Of a stretch of DNA of 64,000 bases, positions 13,628 through 25,400 are shown in pieces. A program made the position numbers and the translations under genes. The first letter of the stretch is position 1, and the number at the start of each line of letters is the position of its first letter. The stretch is from contig JYFJ02000721.1 of NCBI GenBank assembly GCA_000934665.2, forward strand, positions 1-64,000. The letters are read 5' to 3'. The stretch comes from Catajapyx aquilonaris (Eukaryota). The notes beneath the pieces are model-generated. The model saw only the letters and a program-made list of their open reading frames with translations, did no database searches and had not been told where the DNA came from.

Positions 13628-13710
13628 TTAGGAACTCTTATAGAAGTGGATGACAAAAAAAAGTGCTATTAAATTTCCTGGGCCAGAAGTTGTATCTTTT
13701 TTTGGTTCTG
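13628..13710 (-). CDS. AstB: Candidate terminal coding exon of the AstB precursor (uncertain)
   Basis: Acceptor CTCTATCTTTTCCCAG(CAG). The phase-1 continuation reads AEPKKDTTSGPGNLIALFFVIHFYKSS-stop, and AATAAA lies on the - strand at 12955-12960. Alternative acceptors near 14263 and 13436 are similarly plausible, so this is not resolved. Confidence 0.3.
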
Positions 13711-14600
13711 CTGGGAAAAGATAGAGATTTTCCTGTTGGGCACGTTCGCAGTAATCACTTTTCGAGACGGCCGCAATGAAACGAGCTGTTACAGAGGTTG
13801 TTATTGGCCATTTGAATTCATTCCTAGTCACGGCTTCTGTGCCATTGAAGCATATGCCTGCATTTCTAGGCGGATTGCTATCAGATATGAATTAGTTATT
13901 GCTGCCACAACAACCTTGACATTTGCTAAGCCTCCTGCAAACGGTAGATATTCCATGCAGAAAATATTCTTAAAGGGCAACGCAATATTTTATTTATGCA
14001 AAGAGAACTGTACGTACTCCGAATAGCGAAACATTATGCTCATTATGCAACAGATTCGTTTGGAGATTAGGTTATTGACCACATTGCGTTACATGCTTTT
14101 GACATATCTCCTTATCAGGTAATAAGCCTACTGTGCGTATATTGCAATGTTAGGTGCGCAAATGTTTAATATTCTGCTACTTTGCGAATAACAAAGTCGC
14201 TGAATTTCACGAGAAGGTATAATCACAGCTTGAATGTTTGAAGAGTGAAATCACGATAACCTCTGAAAAAAGTAATCCTCCCTTCAGACACGCTAGATAG
14301 GCCCCCACTCGGCCTGCTGCACCCTTTAGATATACATGGTTCCAAATATTTTACAGCACTGCAGTGGCGTAATCCCTCGAATGTAATACGTCAGTCCTGT
14401 CCAAAATAATGCGCCCAATTTGTCTCCAAACCGGTCACCTCGAAAGGTCAGACCAAAGTGTGACTGACGACACCATCGGTCAATAATGTCCCATCAGCGC
14501 ATTAATTTGAACAGCCTCTCAATCAACATTTACTCAACCTCTCTGATGTTAATTAGTATCAACAAGTCATGCTGTTAAATAAATATAAAAAAATACATAC

Positions 14601-14714
14601 CTGGAACGGATCTCTTTCCCCAGGCGGCTGACAACTTGTTCCAATTAGAATCGGCTCGTTTCCCCCACAAGCCCTTCAGGTTGTTCCAGCCAGGGTCACG
14701 CTTGCCCCATGACC
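14601..14714 (-). CDS. AstB: Allatostatin-B / MIP precursor, third coding exon (missed by the ORF track)
   Basis: Acceptor CCCCTATCTACAG|GG TCA TGG completes GDWSNFRGSW-GKR. Then DPGWNNLKGLW-GKR, ADSNWNKLSAAW-GKR and SVP. Donor CCAG|GTATGT after 14601 (phase 1). 114 nt. Confidence 0.93.
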
Positions 14715-15009
14715 CTGTAGATAGGGGACACTAGGTAAAGCTCATAAATGTGAGGGCATTGGGTTTAATTAAGAACGTGTAGTTAACTCTAATAGGCTCG
14801 TTAACCGCTGGGTAACAGCTGTGTGGGGGAGAAAAAATCAATTATGGACACCAGCTGACACAATGTCGCTGTTTCAACAAGAGGAGCGTAAAAATTTACT
14901 GGATGGTCTGAATTACTGCAGTATGTGATGAATATTGTGCGATTTATGGCATTACAATGCAAGTTGAGTCATATGAACAAGTAGTGTGGAAAAATATGCC
15001 AGAAATTCA

Positions 15010-15145
15010 TTCTCGTCGAAAAAGAGGCATATAGACCGGCTCTGTCTGTCTGTCCGTCCGTGGACAGGCATCGTGGCCTAAATCGCGGTGTCAGAATTCA
15101 ACGGACCCTAAACAGGTTTCATGGTCAACTTCACTTCCGGTTGGT
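15010..15145. mobile_element. Possible Helentron/DINE-1-like fragment in an AstB intron
   Basis: Short (CTGT)n(CCGT)n tract at 15041-15061, of the kind found inside arthropod DINE-1/HINE elements. Termini not identified. Confidence 0.25.
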
Positions 15146-15212
15146 CCCAGAAAAAGTATACTCTAATCACGCTCGCATGATTTTTTTATTATTTTTCTTC
15201 AATCTTGTTTAC

Positions 15213-15591
15213 CTCTAAAGTTGCTCCAGTCGCCCCTCTTTTCGACCTCTTCTTCGTCTCCTCCGTCTGACCTCTTGCCCCAGGAGCCCCTGAGGTTGCT
15301 CCAGTCCCTCTTGATGCCCATGGGAGGTAGTGGAGGAGGTGCTGCTGCTGCTTCCTCTTCGTAATCTTCGGCTGCTTCTGGCTCGTCCCTCTTGCCCCAC
15401 GCTCCTCTCAGCTTGTCCCAGTTTCCGCCTCTTTTGCCCCATGAAGACTGCAGGTCCTCCCACGCCCTTTTGCCCCATGCCCCTTGGAGGTCATTCCATC
15501 CACGCTTCCCCCACGCTCCCTGGAGGTCGTTCCAACCCCGCTTGCCCCAGGCTCCTTGGAGGTCGTTCCAGCCCCTCTTGCCCCAAGATCC
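15213..15591 (-). CDS. AstB: Allatostatin-B / MIP precursor, second coding exon
   Basis: Acceptor ...CTTTTCCTTTGTGAAG|GGA TCT TGG completes GWGDLQGSW-GKR in phase 0. Encodes GWNDLQGAW x3, AWEDLQSSW, GGNWDKLRGAW and DWSNLRGSW (each followed by GKR), plus acidic spacers. Donor AGA G|GTAAAC after 15213 (phase 1). Confidence 0.95.
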
Positions 15592-16540
15592 CTTCACAAA
15601 GGAAAAGTATGAGTTCGAGAAAAGTGAGCACAATCACTTATTTTTTAAACGGAAAAGTCGTATACAGTGAGCCTTCTGCCAAGATAGAATTGCATATTAT
15701 GAATAGATAGAACAATCACGCAATAAAGTGTGCAATATTGCAATGGCACTGAATAAGTATTTGATTGTCCAGGAAGAGTATATAGTGTGTAGAGCCAATG
15801 GGCGCACATCTAACAATATTGTGGGTCAATATTGTTAGTAATACAGTGCAAGCCATACAAGCCATTCCCTCCACTGTAATGTCATCTGCTGCCTTCAGCA
15901 AATACAGGGCACAAAAAAATGAGTACATTCAATAATATTTTTCCATTACACTGTAGTACTGTAGACTGCAGTAGCATTCCATCTAATTTTCCTTTATATA
16001 CACAGTAAAATGTAGCGTTTCAGTACAAAGAGAGCATATTGTACGGTACACACATGTTTATGTACAATGGCTATATGTATAAGTACAGTACGTGCAGTAC
16101 ACATTTGTTAGTTTATTCCAGAGCTAATTTTTGTGAATCGGTGACGTGAAGGGTAAAGTAACTTTCGCTGGTCGAAAGTGAGATTGTCGCTATTTACTCT
16201 AGAGAGACGGGGGTATCGAATTACGACCAATTTTCCGAACGAACGCCTTCATGTTGCGTGAGAATCTGATACATTAAATGGTTACGAAACCCAAGTTCTA
16301 ATTAACCAAGTTTTGCAAAACTAGGTGACCCTGCACTAGGGCGGACCTTTCCCCTACTGTCTGCACTAATTACTCCTCGGTGCCAATTACAAAGAGTCCC
16401 CCTGACGATATAAAATTCATCTACCAGACAGATTTATCCTTCAAGTGTGGCTGACACGCGTCGGTTCGCGTTTCTAAATCAATTCCACATCTCCAAAAAT
16501 ATTGTATGCAAAACAGGTGTAACATGTGTAATTATCTCAC

Positions 16541-16756
16541 CTGCAGGTCACCCCATCCTCTCTTTCCCCACCCTTGTTGATGGAGGTCGGACCAACCCCT
16601 TTTTCCTCCTTCGAGGGCTTGGTTGTCAGCACCATGAAGAGGTTCTTCGCCTATGGGAACATGGACTGCGACTGAATCGGCCTGAACTCGACCTATCACA
16701 CTGCTGCCCACAAGAGCCGACGTGAAGTAGATCAGTCCCACGATCACATACTGCAT
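16541..16756 (-). CDS. AstB: Allatostatin-B / myoinhibitory peptide (MIP) precursor, first coding exon (signal peptide + first peptides)
   Basis: Acceptor TTTTTCTCCACTTTTCAG (exon starts at 16769); ATG at 16756. Hydrophobic signal MQYVIVGLIYFTSALVGSSVIG..., then KR-GWSDLHQQGW-GKR-GWGDLQ. Donor CAG|GTGAGA after 16541 (phase 0). Confidence 0.9.
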
Positions 16757-17067
16757 TTCTCTGAGGTGTCTGAAAAGTGGAGAAAAATAGTACAGGACAC
16801 TTATTAGAATCTGAAAGAAATTTGGCCTGAGTTGTATTGTTAGATCATGCTGATGTGGTGTCGAATAATTATCGGCCTGCTCAATCTCACGTTGTAGATG
16901 ATGTAAATGTATGCACAACATGGTTCGGAAAATTTGGGAAAATAGTAGTGTACATTTCGAACCTATAGTAATTTACTATTACGTAGTATTAAAAGGTAAC
17001 GTATATTGGCTGGTGGGTCATCATTGTTAGGCTATTTTGTGGCCCGTTTTGTTGTTATGCTTCACAC

Positions 17068-17271
17068 CATTGTTCCAGAGAATCCATCCATTTTTAATGA
17101 GTGAAATGCAGCCCACCTTGAATGCCCAGTTTCTGCGTACATCTAAAATAATTTCCGCTTGGTAAATAATCTAAAAGCCTCATTGTTCAGACAATCCATT
17201 TTTAATGAGTGTGCTATACACAAAACCAGTCCAGAATGCGCAGGACGTATATCTAAAAATCATTTCTGCTT
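17068..17271. repeat. Degenerate ~110-bp tandem duplication in the AstB 5' intron
   Basis: CATTGTT(C)CAGA.AATCC...ATTTTTAATGAGTG...ATCTAAAA...ATTTC.GCTT occurs at about 17068-17160 and again at about 17181-17271. Confidence 0.6.
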
Positions 17272-20200
17272 ACTGCCTGATTGTAGGTCGTGACATATTT
17301 AGGCGAGTGTCTATTATTCCGCCACATAAATCATACGTCTCATCATGACAGGGAGGAATAATTCTGCTGTAATACTTTCTAATGCGTGACCGCCATACAG
17401 CCGATGATTAAACCTGTTACAGTTACGCAAATAAATCTGCGTCTCTTCCCCCATTCATTGAATGCTATAAATTCTGCACTTTAGTAAGAGCACAAGTTTG
17501 ACATAATGTGCTCAAGTCACGTCATCCATATCTTTTTTGCAGGCGTAATCCAGCCGATATTTTCGATTCGTTTTACGTAACACGTCAAGTCCCATCTAAC
17601 TCATATGTGAATAAATTCTCCTTTTTTCCTCATGTCCAAGTGCTTAATACTCTGAGAGCATGTCCGTTCAAGTGTTAGCTTTGGAGTAGACTATCTGCTA
17701 AACATTTTTCTCTCGAGAAATAAACATATTTCATCCTCTGCCACTGTATAGTGATATATGGCTTGGAATATTTACGACATCTGGGGCCTATTTTTTGTCG
17801 CTTTCTGATCCCTACATTTCGAGAGGGCGAAACGTTATATATATGTACTACAAAAAAAGAAACCAAATCTGATCAGTATATAGACGAAATTTTCCTCTCC
17901 CACAGCTTTTCCTATATAAACCTAATCTTTTGATTTATTGACACTAGTAAAACCGGCTGCCCACATTCGTGTTTGGAAAGTCGATTCTGCTTCAGGAAGA
18001 TGAAACTCCTTCGATTTCACCTCTGAATAAGGAATCGGAGGGTGTGCATCTTCCAATTATCGATTTGAGCAGTGAGAAATGGTGCACAGACTCGGGGTAT
18101 TTTCATAGGTTTCGGAGCAGCAGGAGAAACTTGTTGCTTCTTTTATATCGGAAAATGCGCTCAGACTTGACGATATTTATACGAGGGAGTTGCAACGAAC
18201 TGTCGCTTTTTCCATTAGGATATGTAAACAATCCTAACAAGTTGATCTGGTCGTTACCCAAGGTGTACGCACTCTTAATTAGCTTATATTCTTTTTTCAA
18301 TACACATGATACATTGTGATTGATTCAAATAAAAAAACATACAAATTTCTGCTCCTCAATGGCTCTACCATTAGCAAAATTTGAAAGAGTTAAACAAGAA
18401 AGCTAGTCCATGAAAACTTTGAGCTTGTATTTAAGTGTCAAGTGTAACGACAAGATTGCAAAATGCCAAATCGCCGAAAAGGAACTGCCGTGTTTCAATT
18501 TTCTTCGGACATTAATTGACACAAGGCTAGACATGGCCTTCATCCTATCGGAATACTTATGCAATGAATAAATTCAGACTGTATAGACTGTAAGCTGACA
18601 GGTTCGGATATTACATTAAATCCGCCATTGCACTGGAGTAAGATCAATGCATTTTTCCAGCCATTATTTATATAAAATTATTCAAAATATTTTCCAGAGT
18701 AGCATTAAATTACGATGACAATGTAATGTGCAGGGAATTGCGTCATGTAATACAGAATATTTCCACTCATTGTAAGTTAATCGTATTTTACGCCATAGGT
18801 AAATCGCCAATAATTAATATTACACCGGTTTTTTTTTCACTTTTCCCTTTGTCGATAAGAACAATTGTTTTCAGTGAGGTTTTATTGAATAAACTCCAGC
18901 CTGTCATAAAAGCTCGCGTAATCAGATCAGAATGATGTGGAAAGAACTAAAATGTAATGCGCCTTATTACAGCCAACGTTGCTATAGCAGCAGCTCGGCA
19001 CATTAAAAATGAGCGTATTTAAGCCTCTTTTATTTTTTTGCAAGCATGTGTGCGTTATTATGGCCTGATCGCGCCTGATAGGAAGCAAATAGCACGTAGA
19101 AAAGGTACATCAATACTTTACTGCTCGACCAGCGCAAAATAAACATGGGCAGTTTAAAATCGGTTTCCTCTTCCGACCCGCATTATGTCGGTCCTTGCAC
19201 GTGAACTGCATAAGGTGAGACCCGCACTGCAAACATTGCAATGTTCAAGTACGTGCAAAGTACGTCCGCGACCTTGCCCCGGGAGGATAATTACCACTGG
19301 GGGGGATCCAAACGAATTGTTTGCTTTTCCTTGTTGATCTCCACCGACTATTTGATGTCGTTTTCCAGATGGCCTCTGCCGCGATTTCAAACCCTGGGAA
19401 TTCACGTCATGCGAATCATTAAACTTTTTTTGCCAGGTTTATATATAAACACCTTGGCATTGCGGAAAAGATTTACGTCACCTTGTATAAAACCGCGTGT
19501 ACTCATTTTCAGTTAGCATGAACAGAGTCGAAATGTGATATAAGGCAGTATTTGACTCCACCTTGACTCACTTTTTTCCAATGTTGTTTTTTTTTTCTCC
19601 TCAGGCCAAAACTGATGTGTACATTTCTCTCAACTTAACCGGAAACTGCGCAAAAAAATATTTGCAAAAATATATATATCCCGTTTCTCCAAGTTGATAT
19701 TTTTTTCCGTATAGTTTAAAAGTTCACCTCATCAACACGGTTCGTGAATAATTAGTGCAACTCGCAAATATTTTTTATTTAATACTAGCTACACATTGAA
19801 ACTTCTTCTCTATATACAACTACCATAGAGGAAAATCGTATCCGCGAATCGAAATCGGCGACCATAAACACATGCTGTGCTCGTCTGTTCCCTTGGCAGT
19901 TTGTGAAGAAACATTTCCACAAAACTCGAAGCTTTAGGCTTTTAAGATAACTGGCTATAAGATCCTTCTGGCAGCCTGAGAAAAGCGTCGGAGTGTTGTT
20001 CCGGAGGGAAACTGCAAACACTTTTTCTCGAACAATGCTTCTGTCTCGCTTCAGCAAAAAAAAAAGAAGAAGAAGAAAACTTGATGTGAATCAAACCTGA
20101 AGAAGGAACAGCCAGCAATAAAACCGGATCTGCACCGAGTCTTATCCGCAATATTTCAAACGGAATCGTTTGATATTTCATGCGATGCATTTACTGATTA

Positions 20201-22349
20201 AAATAATTAGCCAGATGCTGAATGCTTTGATTTTTTTAATCCTCCTCATTGTTTATGACGGGATCCATTGTTGAAGATATGAAAATATTGCCCTGCTTGC
20301 TGGGATTTGCAGCTGTGATGCCATTCATTACACCTCCTGATTGCACTTAATCAAGGATAGTCGATGAAACAATTACCTTTGAATCGGTAAAGCAATTGCG
20401 GCGGTTCGAAGCATTAATTTGTAAATAAATGAATAGCGGAAGTGACGAAAGGAATTGATTGCTTCCCGGAGACCCAACCCGGACTGTGCAGCACACTAAT
20501 AACGCCCAGAGCATCAAAGCCATATTAAACGGCCAACTGACTTTTTGAAGTGACCGGAATTATTAGAGGCCATTCCGATTTTGCATTGAACGTTTTTTTT
20601 AAAAAAATGTCGTTTGCTATTAATATCTCGAGGGTGTAATTCAATTTGGTTGTTGGACTCATGTGCTTTGGTGGGCTGTCTAAACACTGATACCGGACAT
20701 TATTAGAGTGCGCATGCTGTTTTAACGATCATAAATTATTAATTTTTATCAGTGAAATACTGGCATGACGACTCAACTGTTATGCTCCAAAAATATTGCT
20801 TCGATTTCATGTTGGTTTTGAATTTAATGCCTTGTGGACATTCATATTATACACGAAGAAACATGTTATGTGAACTGTGCATTGTGTTAGATTGTTGCAA
20901 ATAGCAATTTAGATTAAAGCATAAAATTTATGCGAGTTAACAATGAACGTGGGACCTTCTGGACCTATTCATTACATATCAGTGAGTGTCGTTAAACCCA
21001 GAAGAAAAGGCTGCCAGATTTTTAATTTGAGATACGTTGTCGTTTTTTTTGTGTTGTTTGGATCGCTTCAAAAGGTCATTGTGAATGTGGGTTGATGACA
21101 ATAAACAACTCATTATTAACTCAGCGGTTATTATTACGAGGTGTAGGGGGCCCGTGTTGAGCTTTTCACTTTTGATAGATCGCTTCTGGCTGCTATACAT
21201 GTGGGCTTGTTATTTCCAGTTGAATAAGCTTGAAATAACAGGTCACTCACGTCTGAGAGACTGAAGAGACATTCGATGTAACCGCTGAGCAACACACCTG
21301 CAGGATATTTGAACAGAGCAGACCAAACCTGAGGAGTACAGAGGCACTCAAGTCTGGCCTGGTTCCATTTATAGAACAAAATGCATTTGGCCCAAAATTG
21401 ACGAAAGCGAGTTTCCATGTCTGCTTGCCAATGTGTGGTATATAGTGAGTGTAACAGGCCATTCTTATTGCAAAACCTTCACCAAACATTTGAGAGACAA
21501 ATAGCATTTAAGGTAAGATCGATCGGTTCAGACAGTGTCCTAAAAACATTTCTGGTCTTGTTACAGTTTTTGAATGTTTGTCAGAGTTTTCCTTAACAAA
21601 ATGCCTGTAAACTAACCCCCGTGGTTTTCCACCTGAGGATTTCAAAGACGCGAACTGCCCTCTATGGACCTCTCCACTTACATCACAAGTTGCAACCCTC
21701 CTCCAAACTTAATCTGCACCAGACTTCTCGAGCTAACATCCTAAGGAGCGAACACACACAATGTGGAATTTGTGATGTCATTAAAATTTATCACAGATTT
21801 CTATTTAAAAAAGCTACATTGTTGTACTGTATTGCAATGAGTTCTTTAATGGCCTTGATTTTGTTATATAAATTAAGCTGTCTGAATGCGTATTCCATAC
21901 AAGTAATACCTGTAAGTTATTAAATTTCTCTGGCCTCTTTTTTTGGAGTCACAATTATACAACCGCTCGTAGTATATAGGCGACGGAATTGTTAAATCCA
22001 AAAATTTTAATCAAAAACTCTAATATAATCTGCTGGGAAGCCTTGAGTAGCAGTGGTTTGGTGAGTGGGGAAGAGATATCCGAAGCCATTATTCAAAGTA
22101 TGCCATTTGGAGGATGTTATTATAAAAGCGGTGGCAGGTGAGGGTATGGGGTAATGGCCTGGAGGAATATTATTCAAGACACTGCCGGTTGGAGAATTAC
22201 AGAAGTTGTTGTTTTTTTTTAAATTGGTAGAATCAATCTGTGTGGTTGATGCTGGAAATATCCTACACGTGTTTCAAAATGTGGCTTCTCTGACATTCCA
22301 GCAATAATAATCGACTTATAACGATTCAATAACGTGTTTTAAGGCAGTT

Positions 22350-22460
22350 TTTGGAGGCTGTGAACTCTCAGGATAAAAATAGAATTTAAAGTAAAATGTT
22401 AAGCCCTTTAGCATTTTACTTTAAATTCTATTTTTATCCTGAGAGTTCAGAGCCTCCAAA
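22350..22460. repeat. Near-perfect 111-bp inverted repeat (hairpin)
   Basis: Arms 22350-22402 and 22408-22460 (53 bp each) are reverse complements with 2 mismatches; loop GCCCT. Confidence 0.92.
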
Positions 22461-25400
22461 TAGGCTCCCATGTTCAACGGGAAACGTCACTTGCAGGATA
22501 AAAATGCTAACTTGAATATCCTTTCGTATAAAATTATGCAGCCAATGTTTCCTGCGTCTTTGACAAGAATTCTATTATAGGTTCAGTTCTGTGAAGATGT
22601 GCAGGGTAACATGCTCTGGAAAAAATAAACTATGAAAAAAATGAACTATTACCATAAAATTGAGCACAAATAAATTTTTTTCCTCATGAATACACAACAT
22701 ATTCCAGTTCAGTGAGATCGAATTGAACAGCGTAAATCTCACTACGATAGTAATTACTCGAGGTAGATGCGTCTACTTACATCGTTAGGTTACTAATTAC
22801 AGCAGCATTAATTTCAACGCAAATGGCCCGGTAAGCAAACTGGAGTTGTTAATTATCATATAAGAGGCAATGTTGCGGGGATTACTTCCAAGCTTCGTAA
22901 CGATGTCTCAACTCTAAAGCCTTATGTGCAAGTAAACGTCCTCTCTTTATATTTATGTTACTATAGAGAAGAATAATTACTGCTGGCCTAGGGAGCAATA
23001 ATTCATTTTTTTGGTTATCAGCTCCTTACATACTGCGTACATATACTTGACGTAATTTCCTGTCGCCTTAACTACTTGCTGAAAAAACCAGAAGTTTCAA
23101 TTAAGATATGCCGATTCTCTTGCGTCTCACGTTATCTATTGCCCTCTGCGGCCGCACTTTTTTTAAAAATTATATTACTGCTATTTCTTCCATTGTTACG
23201 ATGGAAGTTCTTGCAACTTGTTCAGCTCAAAAAAGTATATGGATCAAAAACTTCGAGGATTTGCATTGCAAAAAAAAAGTTTGACTTAAGTGCCTGCGAA
23301 ATCAAAAATATTATAGCCAGATCGTGGCTGTTTGCGGGAGACAAATATAAGAATAGGGTGCTTTAAAAGGCGTCTCTTGATGCAATAATAGGCTCTAGGA
23401 TGGATGTGTTGAGGGGAAAAAAAGCGGTTGGATTTGTGGGGCAGTAAAGTGGAGTGGATTCCGTCGCCAGAATAAAACTTCGACGTCGCATTTCGTCGAG
23501 GTGTCGAAAAAAAAAGAGTAAGGACGAAATGGATCCTTTTTCCAATAAGCAGTTTCATCGTACATACCAAGAGGACCTGGCGAAATTTTTGTGGTCAGCA
23601 ACTGGCTGTCGTGACACTGCCCACACAATTACATGCCAAACCCAACAGTGGTGATCTATGAGATACTGTGTGGCTTTTTCGGATAGACGAGATAGTTCAA
23701 CACGATTCCCATGGGGCTGACACAGAAGTATTTAAATGAGCTTCGCCCAAACTGCGTGACTCGCTGATTTTTATGCGTGTCTAACACTCATCATTTACTG
23801 TCCAGCTACTGCAATTATCAGGCTTTTTGCGTTCAACTTCCCCCCCCCCCCCATCAAACTTTTTTGTTTCAAACAAGATGAAACATATTTGTCAACTTTT
23901 TATTCCCAGAACCGCCAACCGAATTATATTTTTATCCTCAAAGGTGTACGATCCGGGATTTAATTTCGCAGTGTTGCAAAACTTTCCCGATCCGATAATT
24001 GGAATAGTATCGATAACCTCCTGAGAGGAATATTGATATTCAGATGGCTCCACAGGTGTTGATGACTCTTGGGGTCCTAGACATTGCATTAATTAAGGAC
24101 TCCCTTAGCGCCTGATCCTTACTTTCCCCCCCCCAGCACCACCAATCTTGATCCTCGTCACGCTTATTGGCAGAGATTAAGGTTCCCTTAATGCACTTAA
24201 TTTTCACATTGCAAGCAAGAAAGTGTCGGGACCTGTTTTCATGTTAAACACCCACCGGATTTTCGTATATACACGACGACGTCATCGGCCACGGGATCAA
24301 TCCGCTCATGAAGACGATTTTGCAGGAGTTTCGAACCCTCCAAAGTTGGCAAATTAATCCCCCGAATGTTGACACACTCTGCTCTAATCCGAGCGATCGG
24401 AGATGTTTAACATTTTTTTCCCCACCCTCCAGCATAATCCTCATGGGAGATTAGCAATCAACTTTGTTTCCCTAGATGCGATTATCACCTGTGGATCGAT
24501 CATCCACTTTAAAAAAAAACCCCGAGATAATAGTTCAACAACCTGTCAGAAAAATTGAGGCGGACAAAGTGTATGAAGCAATACCATATGCCGCAACCCA
24601 CATACTTTTGTGGCGGGGTATACCGCGAATATACTCCCCCCATTAATTGATGTATGCTGATGCTATTTTGCAAACGCCGCCATGATAAGGATTAATTGAA
24701 GCTCAGTTTTAATTTTTTCCCCTTGTTAGCATTACATCCAAACGCTAATTGCAGGTGACGCGCTTTACTGTCGTATACGGTTGTGATTTTTGAACATGTC
24801 ATACTACTGGGTTGACATCTGGAATTACATCAATGTTCATTCCAGTTTTTTTTTTTTTTTTGGGGGGGGGGGGGTATAAAGGCAATGCAGTGTACCGCAG
24901 TAATATTTTCTGCAGTGTATATGACAAGGATAATAAGCTCTGAGTGTGAGCCATAAGGTAAGGCAATTAACTTGCAATTGAATTGTCCGTATATATTCCG
25001 AAAATGGCGCAGTTTTTCGCGAAATCCACTGCAGCTGTACCGCAATAAGTACAAATTTTGTAGGAGGTTCCGCTACGCCCACGCAAATAAAATGTTAGTG
25101 CTCGTGTGTTGTATACTTTTGCAATTATTAAAATGTAATAATCTGGGTTGAATCCGCCCACAGTGCCACAAATAGCTATATATGATACTACAAAATCTTA
25201 TTAAAAATACCAATTACTTAGGCCTAAAAGTCAATTTTCAGAGCCCGGTTTTTTTTCCGGTCCAAAATAGCCATTCTGTTACCAACTTAATGGAGAAGGT
25301 ATACTCGATCTGACACGAGCAATTTGATGGAATTCTTTTCTGACGAACTTGCGTCTCACGTTTCAAGTATAGGACTTTTTTTTAACGGGAAAGTGAACGT

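Noticed and set aside
15215..15710. Alternative-frame and antisense ORFs over AstB (similarly over AstA and RASSF)
   Set aside because: Shadow ORFs of GC-rich true coding exons.
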